DNA of 64,000 nucleotides from Promicromonosporaceae bacterium (lineage in GTDB: Bacteria; Actinomycetota; Actinomycetes; Actinomycetales; Cellulomonadaceae), in assembly GCA_009783295.1 (NCBI GenBank), contig WRHK01000006.1, positions 20,813 to 84,812 on the forward strand, read 5' to 3'. Shown piece after piece: positions 9,180 through 19,955 of the stretch. Each line of letters opens with the position of its first letter. Within the stretch, counting starts at the first letter, position 1. Position numbers and translations under genes: made by a program. The notes under the pieces were generated by a model. It worked only from the letters and a program-made list of their open reading frames with translations, made no database searches and was not told the origin of the DNA.

Positions 9180-10172
9180 ATGGAACGACAGGTACTCGGC
9201 CGCACCGGCCGGCTCGTCTCGGTCGTCGGCCTGGGCACCTGGCAGCTCGGCGGGGACTGGGGCGACGTGAGCGACGACGACTCGCGTGCCGTGCTGGAAG
9301 CCGCTCTCGACGCCGGTGTGACGTTCTTCGACACCGCCGACGTCTACGGCGACGGCCGTTCCGAGCAGGCGATCGGTGCGTTCGTGAAGGACCACGCCGA
9401 CGCCGGGATCACGGTGGCCACCAAGATGGGGCGCCGTGTGGACCAGGTCCCCGAGAACTACTCCCTCGCGAGCTTCCGGGAGTGGACCGACCGGTCGCGG
9501 CGCAACCTCGGCGTCGACACGATCGACCTGGTGCAGCTGCACTGCCCGCCCACCCCCGTGTACTCCTCCGCCGAGGTGTACGACGCGCTCGACACCCTGG
9601 TGGCCGAGGGCGTCATGACGAGCTACGGCGTGAGCGTCGAGACGACGGCGGAGGCCCTGGAGGCGATCTCGCACCCGGGCGTCGCGTCCGTGCAGATCAT
9701 CCTCAACGCGTTCCGGCTCAAGCCGCTCGAGGAGGTGCTGCCCGCCGCGTCCGCGGCCGGCGTCGGCATCATCGCGCGCGTGCCGCTGGCCTCTGGCCTG
9801 CTGTCCGGCCGGTACACGAAGGACACGACGTTCGCCGAGTCCGACCACCGCAGCTACAACCGCCACGGCGAGGCGTTCGACGTCGGCGAGACGTTCTCGG
9901 GCGTCGACTTCGAGACGGGCGTGACGGCGGCCGCGGAGTTCTCGGCGCTGGCCGAGGCGCTGCCCGGCGACCTGACGCCCGCGCAGGCCGCCCTCGCGTG
10001 GGTGTGGCAGCAGCCGGGCGTCTCGACGGTGATCCCCGGGGCGCGCAACCCGGAGCAGGCGCGGCTGAACGCGGCCGCGGGGTCGGCCCCGGCGCTGGGC
10101 CCGCTGTTCACCTCGGAGGTCCGTGACCTCTACGACCGCTACTTCCGCGAGGCGGTCCACTCCCGCTGGTGA
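9180..10172 (+). CDS. Aldo/keto reductase
   Basis: VGLGTWQLGG, FFDTADVYG, IDLVQLH, VPLASGLL, VIPGA motifs; GGAGG RBS before ATG 9180. Confidence 0.9.
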   Translation: MERQVLGRTGRLVSVVGLGTWQLGGDWGDVSDDDSRAVLEAALDAGVTFFDTADVYGDGRSEQAIGAFVKDHADAGITVATKMGRRVDQVPENYSLASFREWTDRSRRNLGVDTIDLVQLHCPPTPVYSSAEVYDALDTLVAEGVMTSYGVSVETTAEALEAISHPGVASVQIILNAFRLKPLEEVLPAASAAGVGIIARVPLASGLLSGRYTKDTTFAESDHRSYNRHGEAFDVGETFSGVDFETGVTAAAEFSALAEALPGDLTPAQAALAWVWQQPGVSTVIPGARNPEQARLNAAAGSAPALGPLFTSEVRDLYDRYFREAVHSRW

Positions 10173-10176
10173 CACC

Positions 10177-10290
10177 CGCGAGTTAGAGCCCCGGCGCGCG
10201 AGTTAGAGCCCCGACCCGTGAGATAGAGCCCCGACCCGTGAGATAGAGCCCCGACCCGCTCTATCTCGCGGCTCGGGGCTCTATCTCGCG
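10177..10290. repeat. 20-nt-period tandem repeat with inverted copies (REP/BIME-like)
   Basis: Four direct copies of core CG(C/T)GAG(T/A)TAGAGCCCC (10177-10256), then one partial and one full inverted copy (10259-10270, 10275-10290), between convergent genes. Confidence 0.9.
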
Positions 10291-10314
10291 GGGTGCGGCG
10301 GCGCCCGCGGGGGG

Positions 10315-13300
10315 TCAGCGGGCGAAGGCCTCGCGGATCAGCTGCTGCTCCTGCTCCGCGTGCAGCTTGTGCGTGCCGGCGGCCGTCGCGGCCGAGGCGG
10401 GGCGGGACACGACCTTGACCGTCTTGCGCAGCTCGGACGGCATCGCCAGGTGCAGGTACGACCACGCGCCCTGGTTCTGCGGCTCGTCCTGCACCCACAC
10501 GACGTCGGCGTTCGGGTACTTCGCCAGCTCGGCGACCAGCTCGGCCTCGGGCAGCGGGTAGAGCTGCTCGAGGCGCAGCAGCGCCGTCGTGGTGTCGCCG
10601 CGCTGCGTGCGCTCGGCCAGCAGGTCGTAGTACACGCGGCCCGAGCTCACCAGCACGCGCGTCACGTCGGCCGGGGCGACCGCCGTGTCGGGCAGCACCG
10701 GGCGGAAGGTGCCCGAGGTGAAGTCCTCGACCGACGACGCGGCGGCCTTGAGGCGCAGCAGCTGCTTCGGCGTGAACGCGATGAGCGGCTTGCGAGGGCG
10801 CTGGTAGGCCTGGCGGCGCAGCAGGTGGAAGTACGACGCCGGCGTCGACGGGTGGGCGACGATCATGTTGTCCTCCGCGGCGAGCTGGAGGAACCGCTCG
10901 ATGCGGGCCGACGAGTGGTCGGGCCCCTGGCCCTCGTACCCGTGTGGCAGCAGCATGACCAGCGAGGACGTCTGGCCCCACTTCTGCTCCGCGGAGCTGA
11001 TGAACTCGTCGATGACCGTCTGGGCACCGTTGACGAAGTCGCCGAACTGCGCCTCCCACAGCACCAGGGCGTCCGGGCGCTCCACGGAGTAGCCGTACTC
11101 GAAGCCGAGGGCCGCGTACTCCGACAGCGACGAGTCGTAGACCCAGAACTTGGCCTGCTCGCGCGTGAGGTAGCTCAGCGGGGTCCACTCGGCGCCGGTC
11201 TCGCGGTCGTGGAAGACGGCGTGCCGCTGCGTGAACGTGCCGCGGCGCGAGTCCTGCCCGGCGAGGCGCACCGGGGTGCCCTCCATGAGCAGCGACCCGA
11301 AGGCCAGCAGCTCGCCGAAGCCCCAGTCGATGCCGCCGTCCTTGGACATGAGGCGGCGGGTCTCGAGCAGCTTGAGCAGCTTGGGGTGGACGGCGAAGCC
11401 CTCCGGCGGGGCCGTGTGGGCCTCGCCGATGCGCTCGACCACGGAGTGCGAGACGGCGGTCTGCCAGCCGACCATCGTGCCGGCGTCCTCGCGCTGCGCC
11501 TCCGGGCGCTCCAGGCCGCCGACGTGCTCCGCCGTCGGCTGGGCGCCGGTGCCCTGCTTGGTCTCGGTGAACACGCGCTCGAGCTGCTGCTGGTAGTCCT
11601 GCAGCGCGAGCTCGGCCTCGTCGACCGTGATGTCGCCGCGGGCCACGAGGTTCTCCGTGTACAGCCGGCGCACCGAGCGCTTCTTCTCGATGAGGTTGTA
11701 CATGAGCGGCTGCGTCATCGACGGGTCGTCGCCCTCGTTGTGGCCACGGCGGCGGTAGCAGACCATGTCGATCACGACGTCGCGGTCGAACTGCTCGCGG
11801 TAGGCGAACGCGAGCTCCGCGACGCGCACGACGGCCTCGGGGTCGTCGCCGTTCACGTGGAACACGGGGATCTGGAAGCCCTTGGCGATGTCGGTCGCGT
11901 AGGTGGTGGAGCGCGAGCTCGAGGGGCCGGTGGTGAAGCCCACCTGGTTGTTGACGATCACGTGGATGGTGCCGCCCGTGCGGTAGCCGCGCAGCTGGGC
12001 GAGGTTGAGCACCTCGGGCACCACGCCCTGGCCGGCGAACGCGGCGTCGCCGTGCACCAGGATCGGCAGCACGGAGAAGCCGTCGCCCCCCAGGTCGATG
12101 CGGTCCTGCTTGGCGCGGACGATGCCCTCGAGCACCGGGTCCACGGCCTCCAGGTGCGACGGGTTCGCCGCGAGGTGCACCTTGGTGGTCGCGCCCGACT
12201 CGGCGGTGAACGTGCCCTCCGTGCCGAGGTGGTACTTGACGTCGCCGGAGCCCTGGACGGAGCGCGGGTCGAGCTGGCCCTCGAACTCCTTGAAGATCTG
12301 GCCGTAGCTCTTGCCGGCGATGTTGGCGAGCACGTTGAGGCGGCCGCGGTGCGACATACCCAGGCCCACCTCGTCGAGGCCGTTCTCGGCGGCCTTCGAC
12401 AGGATCGCGTCGAGCAGCGGGATGAGCGACTCGCCGCCCTCGAGCGAGAAGCGCTTCTGGCCCACGAACTTGGTCTGCAGGAACGTCTCGAACGCCTCGG
12501 CAGAGTTGAGGCGGCGCAGGATGCGCAGCTGGTCCTCGCGCGGCGTCTTGGCGTACCCGGTCTCGATGCGGTCCTGGATCCACTTGCGCTGGACGCGGTC
12601 GGCGATGTGCATGTACTCGATGCCGATGGTGCGGCAGTACGAGTCGCGCAGCAGGCCGAGCGTGTCGCGCAACGTGGCCTTGGGCTTGCCGCCGAACCCG
12701 GCGGTGGGGAACGTGCGGTCCAGGTCCCACAGCGTCAGGCCGTGGTTCTGCACGTCGAGGTCCGGGTGCTTGCGCTGCCGGTAGGCCAGCGGGTCCGTGT
12801 CGGCCATGAGGTGGCCGCGCGAGCGGAACGAGTGGATGAGCTCGGCGATGCGGGCCGGCTTCGCGGCCTCGTCGTCGGCGTCGTGCGTGTTGTCGCGCAC
12901 CCAGCGGATGGGCTCGTACGGGACGCGCAGCGACGTGAAGACGCGGTCGTAGAACCCGTCGAGGCCCAGGAGCTTGTCGGAGATGATCTTGAGGAACTCG
13001 CCCGACTGCGCGCCCTGGATGATGCGGTGGTCGTACGTCGAGGTGAGCGTCATGACCTTCGAGACGCCCATCTTCGACAGCTGCTCGATGGACGCGCCGG
13101 CGAACTCGGCCGGGTAGTCCATGGCGCCGACGCCGATGATCGTGCCCTGGCCCTGCATGAGGCGCGGCACCGAGTGCACCGTGCCGATGCCGCCCGGGTT
13201 GGTCAGCGAGATGGTGGTGCCGGCGAAGTCGTCGACCGTCAGGCGGCCGTTGCGCGCCTTGCGCACCAGGTCCTCGTACGCCCCGACGAACGCGGCGAAG

Positions 13301-14070
13301 TCGAGGGAGTTGGCGTCCTTGATCGACGGCACGAGGAGCTGGCGCGAGCCGTCCTCCTTGGCCAGGTCGATCGCCAGGCCGAACCCGACGCCGGCCGGCT
13401 GCACGATGCCCGGCTTGCCGTCCACGAGCGTGTAGTGCGCGTTCATCACCGGCATGTCGGCCAGCGCCTCGACCAGCGCGTAGCCGATGAGGTGCGTGAA
13501 CGAGATCTTGCCGCCGCGCGCACGCGTCAGGTGGTTGTTGATGACGATGCGGTTGTCCACCATCAGCTTGGCGGGCACCGCGCGCACCGAGGTGGCCGTG
13601 GGGACCTCGAGCGACGACTTCATGTTGGTGACGACGCGCGCGGCGGGGCCGCGCAGCTTGGTCGTCTCGTCCGCGGCCGGGCCCGTGGGGCGCGCCTTGA
13701 CGACGGCCGCCTCGGCGTACGGGGCGGAGGCGGGCTGCGCCGTGGCCACGGGGCGCTCGGCGGGCAGCGGCTCGACGATGCGCGGGGAGGTCGCGGGGGC
13801 CGGCTCCGGGGCGGGAGCCGTCTGGACGGGCTCGGCCACCGGGGCGGCGGCGGGCACGGGGGCAGGGGCGGCGGGCGCGGCCGGGGCCGGCTCGGCGGCG
13901 GGCGGAGCGGACGGCGTGTACCCCTCGAAGAAGTCCCACCACGCGGGGTCCACCGCGTCCCGGTCCTTGAGGTACTGCTCGTAGAGCTCGTCCACGAGCC
14001 CTGCGTTGGCTCCGAACGCCGCTCCGGCGCTCTCGCTGATCGACGTTGACTCAGCCTTCGGGGACACCAC
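10315..14070 (-). CDS. kgd: Multifunctional 2-oxoglutarate decarboxylase/dehydrogenase (E2-E1 fusion)
   Basis: FGANAGLVDELYEQY N-terminus, acyltransferase-like domain (TSTYDHRIIQGA), TPP motif HGDAAF.GQG, LWEAQFGDF; start uncertain (GTG 14067/14070 or upstream). Confidence 0.95.
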   Translation of the reverse strand: MVSPKAESTSISESAGAAFGANAGLVDELYEQYLKDRDAVDPAWWDFFEGYTPSAPPAAEPAPAAPAAPAPVPAAAPVAEPVQTAPAPEPAPATSPRIVEPLPAERPVATAQPASAPYAEAAVVKARPTGPAADETTKLRGPAARVVTNMKSSLEVPTATSVRAVPAKLMVDNRIVINNHLTRARGGKISFTHLIGYALVEALADMPVMNAHYTLVDGKPGIVQPAGVGFGLAIDLAKEDGSRQLLVPSIKDANSLDFAAFVGAYEDLVRKARNGRLTVDDFAGTTISLTNPGGIGTVHSVPRLMQGQGTIIGVGAMDYPAEFAGASIEQLSKMGVSKVMTLTSTYDHRIIQGAQSGEFLKIISDKLLGLDGFYDRVFTSLRVPYEPIRWVRDNTHDADDEAAKPARIAELIHSFRSRGHLMADTDPLAYRQRKHPDLDVQNHGLTLWDLDRTFPTAGFGGKPKATLRDTLGLLRDSYCRTIGIEYMHIADRVQRKWIQDRIETGYAKTPREDQLRILRRLNSAEAFETFLQTKFVGQKRFSLEGGESLIPLLDAILSKAAENGLDEVGLGMSHRGRLNVLANIAGKSYGQIFKEFEGQLDPRSVQGSGDVKYHLGTEGTFTAESGATTKVHLAANPSHLEAVDPVLEGIVRAKQDRIDLGGDGFSVLPILVHGDAAFAGQGVVPEVLNLAQLRGYRTGGTIHVIVNNQVGFTTGPSSSRSTTYATDIAKGFQIPVFHVNGDDPEAVVRVAELAFAYREQFDRDVVIDMVCYRRRGHNEGDDPSMTQPLMYNLIEKKRSVRRLYTENLVARGDITVDEAELALQDYQQQLERVFTETKQGTGAQPTAEHVGGLERPEAQREDAGTMVGWQTAVSHSVVERIGEAHTAPPEGFAVHPKLLKLLETRRLMSKDGGIDWGFGELLAFGSLLMEGTPVRLAGQDSRRGTFTQRHAVFHDRETGAEWTPLSYLTREQAKFWVYDSSLSEYAALGFEYGYSVERPDALVLWEAQFGDFVNGAQTVIDEFISSAEQKWGQTSSLVMLLPHGYEGQGPDHSSARIERFLQLAAEDNMIVAHPSTPASYFHLLRRQAYQRPRKPLIAFTPKQLLRLKAAASSVEDFTSGTFRPVLPDTAVAPADVTRVLVSSGRVYYDLLAERTQRGDTTTALLRLEQLYPLPEAELVAELAKYPNADVVWVQDEPQNQGAWSYLHLAMPSELRKTVKVVSRPASAATAAGTHKLHAEQEQQLIREAFAR

Positions 14071-14327
14071 GCGTGTTTCGCCCACTTTCACGTCTTGCCT
14101 AGGGTTGTTGGTCCTGACCGGGGGTGATACGCGGCACATCCAACGGTCGGGGCCAGCCTATGCCCTGGATCACGCCCCTCCGGGGCCATCCACAGGCAGG
14201 TCGAAAGACTGGTCGGGGGCAGGCAAAAGTCCGGGAAAGCGGGCCCCAGGCGGTCCAAGTGAAACGTCAACCGTCGGCAACCGCCGGCTTCCGGGCGTGC
14301 CCTGTCGCATGACCGGAGTGACGTATC

Positions 14328-15383
14328 TCACCCCGGCGTGCTCGTGGACACCCCGGGGGCCGGGTGAGCCGTGGCGGGGAGCACCAGCCGCATCGTCGCG
14401 CCCTTGCCGACGGGGGAGTCGGCGACCTCGACGTGGCCGCCGTGCAGGTCCACCGCCCAGCGCACGATCGCCAGGCCGATGCCGGTGCCGCCGCTCGACG
14501 TCGCACCGCCGCGGGCGAACCGCTCGAACACGCGCTCGCGGTCCTGCGGGGCGATGCCGGGCCCGTCGTCGGACACCTCGATCACCACGTCGTCGTCCTG
14601 CGGGTAGGCGTCGAGCCGGATCTCGCCGTCGCCGGGGGAGTGGCGGATCGCGTTCTGGAGCAGGTTCACGACGATCTGCCGCAGCCGCTCGGCGTCGGCC
14701 TCGAGGGACAGGTCCTCGGGCGTGACGTCGACGACGTACCGCAGGTTCTTGGCGGCCTCCACCATGCTGAGCGACTGCGCGACCTCCTCGAGGAAGTCGC
14801 CCACGCCGATCTCCGTGATGGTGAGCGCGGACGCGCCGGCCTCGACGCGCGACAGGTCGAGCAGGTACGTGACCAGGCGGGTCAGCCGCTCGGTCTGGGC
14901 GAGCGAGAGCTCCAGGGTGGCGGGCGTGGGCTCGGTGACGCCGTCGACCATGTTCTCCAGCTGTGCCTGGAGTGCCGCGACGGGCGTGCGCAGCTCGTGC
15001 GAGACGTTCGCGATGAGGTCGCGGCGGGTGCGGTCGGCCGAGTCGAGGTCCTCCGCCATCTGGTTGAACGCCGCGGCCAGCGCACCCACCTCGTCGCTGC
15101 TCGTGGCGGTGACGCGCTGGTGGTAGTCGCCGGCCGCCATCGCCTGCGCGGCGGCCGTCATCTCCCGCAGCGGCGACGTCATGCCCCGCGCCAGGAGCTG
15201 CGTGAGCAGCAGCGACAGCACGATGACCAGCGGGAACGTGCGGCTCGGGCCCAGGTGGACGCGCAGGCCCAGCCAGGTGAGGGCGGCGGCGGCCGTGACG
15301 GTCGCGGCCACCAGCACGCCCAGCTTCATCTTGATGGAGCGCAGCGGGTCGAGCGGACGCAGGGCCAGCGATCGAAGTGCCAT
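14328..15383 (-). CDS. HAMP-domain sensor histidine kinase
   Basis: HAMP, H-box NVSHELRTP, N-box NLLQNAIRH, G-boxes DDGPGI and GTGIGL. Confidence 0.93.
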   Translation of the reverse strand: MALRSLALRPLDPLRSIKMKLGVLVAATVTAAAALTWLGLRVHLGPSRTFPLVIVLSLLLTQLLARGMTSPLREMTAAAQAMAAGDYHQRVTATSSDEVGALAAAFNQMAEDLDSADRTRRDLIANVSHELRTPVAALQAQLENMVDGVTEPTPATLELSLAQTERLTRLVTYLLDLSRVEAGASALTITEIGVGDFLEEVAQSLSMVEAAKNLRYVVDVTPEDLSLEADAERLRQIVVNLLQNAIRHSPGDGEIRLDAYPQDDDVVIEVSDDGPGIAPQDRERVFERFARGGATSSGGTGIGLAIVRWAVDLHGGHVEVADSPVGKGATMRLVLPATAHPAPGVSTSTPG

Positions 15384-15394
15384 GGCGTGCCGGG

Positions 15395-16108
<714 letters not shown>

Positions 16109-16212
16109 GGGTTCAGGGTGGCACACGGAATCCCGCGCGCGCTGGTAGGCGCCCGCTACGATCGTCGGACGATGGACGATCCCCGACATAGCTGCATCCC
16201 TGGGAGCCGACC

Positions 16213-17520
16213 GTGACGGGCGAATGGCTGATGGTCGCTCTCGGCGTGGTCCTCACCGCGGGGACGGCGCTCTTCGTCGCCGGCGAGTTCGCGCTGGTCA
16301 CGCTCGACCCCGCGATCCTGGGCGACGAGACGGGCTGGCGGCACCGCGCCGTGCGCTCCGGCCTCAAGCACCTGTCGATCCAGCTGAGCTCCGCGCAGGT
16401 GGGCGTCACGCTGACCACGATCCTGCTCGGCTACACCGCGCAGCCGGCCCTGCTGAGCCTGTTCTCCGCCGGCCTGCAGGCGACGCCGATCGGCGCGGGG
16501 CTCGCCTCGGTGCTCGCCGGCGTCTTCGGCCTGGTCGTCGTGAACGTGTTCTCGATGGTGGTGGGCGAGCTCATCCCCAAGAACTTCGCGCTGTCCGCCC
16601 CGCAGGGCACGGCCCTGTTCGTGGTGCCCCTGCTGCGCGTGTTCACGCAGGTGGCCAAGCCACTGATCCTGCTGCTCAACAGCACCGCCAACTGGCTGCT
16701 GCGCGGCCTGGGCGTGGAGCCGCGCGAGGAGCTCTCGGGAGCGCGCTCGGCGCCCGAGCTGCTCTCGCTCGTCAAGCGGTCCGCGGAGGAGGGCACGCTC
16801 GAGCAGTCCACCGCCACCCTGCTGACCAACTCGATCGAGCTGGACACGCTCACGGCCCGCGACGTCATGACCGACCGCCTGCGCATGGCCGTCGTGGGCC
16901 GCGACGACACGGCCGACCAGGTCATGGCCCTCGCCCGGCGCACGGGCCACTCGCGCTTCCCGGTCATCGGCGAGAACCGCGACGACGTCGTCGGGATCGT
17001 GCACCTGCGGCGCGCCGTCGGCGTGCCCTCCGACCGCCGGTCCGAGGTGCCCGCCGCCGCCCTCATGGTCGACGCCCCGCGCGTCCCGGAGACGGTGCGG
17101 CTCGGGCCGCTGCTGGTCGAGCTGCGGTCGTTCGGCCTGCAGATGGCCGTCGTCGTCGACGAGTACGGCGGCACCTCCGGGATCGTCACGCTGGAGGACG
17201 TCGTCGAGGAGCTGGTGGGCGACGTCGCCGACGAGCACGACCCGCGCCGCGCCGGGGCCGTCCGCGCCTCCGACGGGTCCTGGGTGGTGCCCGGCGTCAT
17301 GCGGCCCGACGAGCTCGAGGAGACCACCGGCCTGCTCGTGCCCGAGGACCCCGCCTACGAGACGCTCGGCGGCCTGGTCATGGCCCGCCTGGGCCGCATC
17401 CCCGAGGTCGGCGACGTGGTCGAGGTGAGCGAGCGCGGGCACGGCGTGCAGCTGCGCGTCGAGTCGATGACCGGCCGGCGCGCCGAACGCGTGCGCGTGC
17501 GGGGGGTGGAGCAGGAGTGA
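16213..17520 (+). CDS. CNNM/HlyC-CorC family protein (DUF21 + CBS + CorC)
   Basis: FVAGEFALV, QVGVTLTT, GELIPKN, CBS pair, VVDEYGGTSGIVTLEDVVEELVG. Confidence 0.9.
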   Translation: MTGEWLMVALGVVLTAGTALFVAGEFALVTLDPAILGDETGWRHRAVRSGLKHLSIQLSSAQVGVTLTTILLGYTAQPALLSLFSAGLQATPIGAGLASVLAGVFGLVVVNVFSMVVGELIPKNFALSAPQGTALFVVPLLRVFTQVAKPLILLLNSTANWLLRGLGVEPREELSGARSAPELLSLVKRSAEEGTLEQSTATLLTNSIELDTLTARDVMTDRLRMAVVGRDDTADQVMALARRTGHSRFPVIGENRDDVVGIVHLRRAVGVPSDRRSEVPAAALMVDAPRVPETVRLGPLLVELRSFGLQMAVVVDEYGGTSGIVTLEDVVEELVGDVADEHDPRRAGAVRASDGSWVVPGVMRPDELEETTGLLVPEDPAYETLGGLVMARLGRIPEVGDVVEVSERGHGVQLRVESMTGRRAERVRVRGVEQE

Positions 17521-18563
17521 GCACCCCCCTCGCGATCGTCATCGGCCTGCTGCTGCTCGCCGGCAACGCCTTCTTCGTGGGCGCCGAGTTCGCCATCATC
17601 TCGGCGCGCCGCTCGGCCATCGAGCCGCGCGCCGCCGAGGGCAACCGCCGCGCCCAGGTGGTGCTGTGGGCGATGGAGCACGTGTCGCTCATGCTCGCGG
17701 CCGCCCAGCTGGGCGTCACCGTGTGCTCCACCGGCCTGGGCATCGTGGCTGAGCCGGCCGTCGCCGCCCTGCTGACCGGTCCGTTCCACGCCGTCGGCGT
17801 GCCCGAGGCCCTGGTGCACCCCGTCTCGTTCGTCGTGGCGCTCGCCGTGGTGGTCTATCTGCACGTGGTGCTGGGCGAGCTGGTGCCCAAGAACCTCGCC
17901 GTGGCCGGGCCGGAGGCGGCGGTGCTGTGGTTCGGGCCGCCGCTCGTGGTGCTGGCGCGGGCGCTCAAGCCCGTGATCGGCGCGCTCAACTGGCTCGCCA
18001 ACCACGCCGTGCGCCTCACCGGCGTGGAGCCGCGCGACGAGGTCGCGTCCGCGTTCACGGCCGAGCAGGTCCAGTCGATCGTCGAGCACTCGCAGGCCGA
18101 GGGCCTGCTGCGCGACGAGCAGGGCCTGCTCGGGTCGGCCATCGAGTTCTCGGCCCGCACGGCCGGCGACGTCATGGTCCCGGTGGACAGCCTCGTCACG
18201 GTGAGCGACGGCGTCACGCCCGACGACGTCGAGCACCTCGTGGCGCGCACCGGGTTCTCCCGGTTCCCGGTCGCCGACGAGGTCGCCGGCGTCGACGGCT
18301 ACCTGCACCTCAAGGACGTGCTCTACGCGACCGACGCCGACCGGCACGTGCCCGTCCCGGCGTTCCGCCTGCGCGCCCTGGCCACCGTGCGGCCCGACGA
18401 CGAGATCGAGGACGCCCTGCGCGCGATGCAGCGTTCCGGCGCCCACCTGGCCCGCGTCGAGGGCGAGGACGGCGTCGTCGGCGTCGTGTTCCTGGAGGAC
18501 ATCCTCGAGGAGCTCGTCGGCGAGGTGCGCGACGCGATGCAGCGGCGGCAGCCACGCGTGTGA
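17517..18563 (+). CDS. Second CNNM/HlyC family protein (DUF21 + CBS)
   Basis: GNAFFVGAEFA, AQLGVT, GELVPKN, GVVFLEDILEELVGE; GTG overlaps upstream stop. Confidence 0.9.
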   Translation: MSTPLAIVIGLLLLAGNAFFVGAEFAIISARRSAIEPRAAEGNRRAQVVLWAMEHVSLMLAAAQLGVTVCSTGLGIVAEPAVAALLTGPFHAVGVPEALVHPVSFVVALAVVVYLHVVLGELVPKNLAVAGPEAAVLWFGPPLVVLARALKPVIGALNWLANHAVRLTGVEPRDEVASAFTAEQVQSIVEHSQAEGLLRDEQGLLGSAIEFSARTAGDVMVPVDSLVTVSDGVTPDDVEHLVARTGFSRFPVADEVAGVDGYLHLKDVLYATDADRHVPVPAFRLRALATVRPDDEIEDALRAMQRSGAHLARVEGEDGVVGVVFLEDILEELVGEVRDAMQRRQPRV

Positions 18564-18734
18564 GCAGCGTCACCCTGGGCGGGTGACGACGCAGAACGTG
18601 CCAGCCGGCGCCGTCCGATCTGCTCAGGGGGGTTGGCGAGACCGCCCGATGCCGTTATGGTTCCGTGACAGCCGGCGTTGGTGGATCGTTTTCCATCGCC
18701 GTGACCAGGATCAGAGCGGCGACAGGAGGTAGGC

Positions 18735-19955
18735 GTGGAGCCCACGAGCGCCACGTCGCCCCGTCCGGTGCTGATGACGCGTCGCGAACGCCGCGAGGCG
18801 GAGGAACGCGCCCGCGCCTCGTCCGGTGACACCGTGGTGGTCGGTGGGATCTCGTTCTACGGCCCCGCCCCCGCGAGCCCCGCGCTCGGCGTCCCCGCCG
18901 TGCCGACGGCCGCCGGCCCCGGCCCCGGCCCCCGCCTCATGGAGTCGCAGCGGCCCGTCCCGCAGCTCCGGCCGCGGATGGCCCCGCACCCGCACTCGGA
19001 GCCGGCTCCACAGGCCGCCCCTGAGTTCCCGCAGCCCGCGGTGCAACTCCCGCAGCCCGCTGCGCAGCTCCCGCAGCCCGAGGCGCTCCGCGCGCCTCTA
19101 CCGGCCTCCGAGCCCGCCCCCGTGGTCGCGCCGGCTCCCGAGCCCGGGCCCGAGCCCGCCCCCGTGGCCGAGGCCCACCCCGAGGCCCCCCTGACCCGCG
19201 CCGAGCGCGCCGGCCGTGAGCCCGCGGCCGCCGCCCCGGGTCGCAAGCGCAACCCCTGGCTGCCGCGCGTCGCGGTGCTCGGCACGCTGGCCGCCGCCAC
19301 GATCGCCGCCCCGCTGGCCCCGACGGCCCTGCACCACGGCGCCTCGCCGTTCGGCCTGGACACGTCGCCCAACGGCCCCTCGACGCTCGACGTCGTGAGC
19401 CACCCGGTGCCCGTGCCCCCGACGTCGGCCGGGATCGCCGCCGCCCCGGTGGTGCAGCGCGCCGACGTCGTGGCCTCCCGCTCCGAGGAGCGCAACCCGC
19501 TGCCGGGCTGCAACGGGGACATCACGGTGAACGCGCAGAACGGGCGCCTCTCGGCCGCCGACCTGTGCGACCTGCCCTGGGCGCCGGGGATGAGCCTGCA
19601 GCCGCGCGCCGCGGTAGCGCTCACGGCCCTCAACGAGGCGTTCAAGATCGAGTTCGGCCACGACATCGCGCTGGCCGACAGCTACCGCTCGATCGGGCGG
19701 CAGTACTCGGTGAAGGAGTCGCGCGGCTACCTGGCGGCGGCGCCGGGCACGTCGATGCACGGCTACGGCGTGGCGATCGACCTCGCCAGCTCGGTGACGG
19801 GCAGCGGGGCCGAGTACAAGTGGCTGGTGGCGAACGCCGCCGCCTACGGCTGGGTCAACCCCCCGTGGGCGCAGCGCGGCGGCTCGTCCAAGTACGAGCC
19901 CTGGCACTTCGAGTTCAAGCCGATCGCCGAGACGCTCTACAACATGTATTCCTAA
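18735..19955 (+). CDS. M15-family D-Ala-D-Ala carboxypeptidase with Pro-rich N-terminus
   Basis: SYR...PGTSMHGYGVAID and YEPWH zinc motifs; TM helix around residues 175-200; GGAGG RBS. Confidence 0.85.
   Translation: MEPTSATSPRPVLMTRRERREAEERARASSGDTVVVGGISFYGPAPASPALGVPAVPTAAGPGPGPRLMESQRPVPQLRPRMAPHPHSEPAPQAAPEFPQPAVQLPQPAAQLPQPEALRAPLPASEPAPVVAPAPEPGPEPAPVAEAHPEAPLTRAERAGREPAAAAPGRKRNPWLPRVAVLGTLAAATIAAPLAPTALHHGASPFGLDTSPNGPSTLDVVSHPVPVPPTSAGIAAAPVVQRADVVASRSEERNPLPGCNGDITVNAQNGRLSAADLCDLPWAPGMSLQPRAAVALTALNEAFKIEFGHDIALADSYRSIGRQYSVKESRGYLAAAPGTSMHGYGVAIDLASSVTGSGAEYKWLVANAAAYGWVNPPWAQRGGSSKYEPWHFEFKPIAETLYNMYS

Noticed and set aside
10177-10290. Possible CRISPR array
   Set aside because: Period is only 20 nt with about 4 variable bases, includes inverted copies, and there are no cas genes.
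18564-18734. Possible c-di-AMP (ydaO) riboswitch before the cell-wall peptidase
   Set aside because: Conserved ydaO segments such as GCCGAATCC, GGGGAACC and CCCGTCAGCTAACCC are absent.
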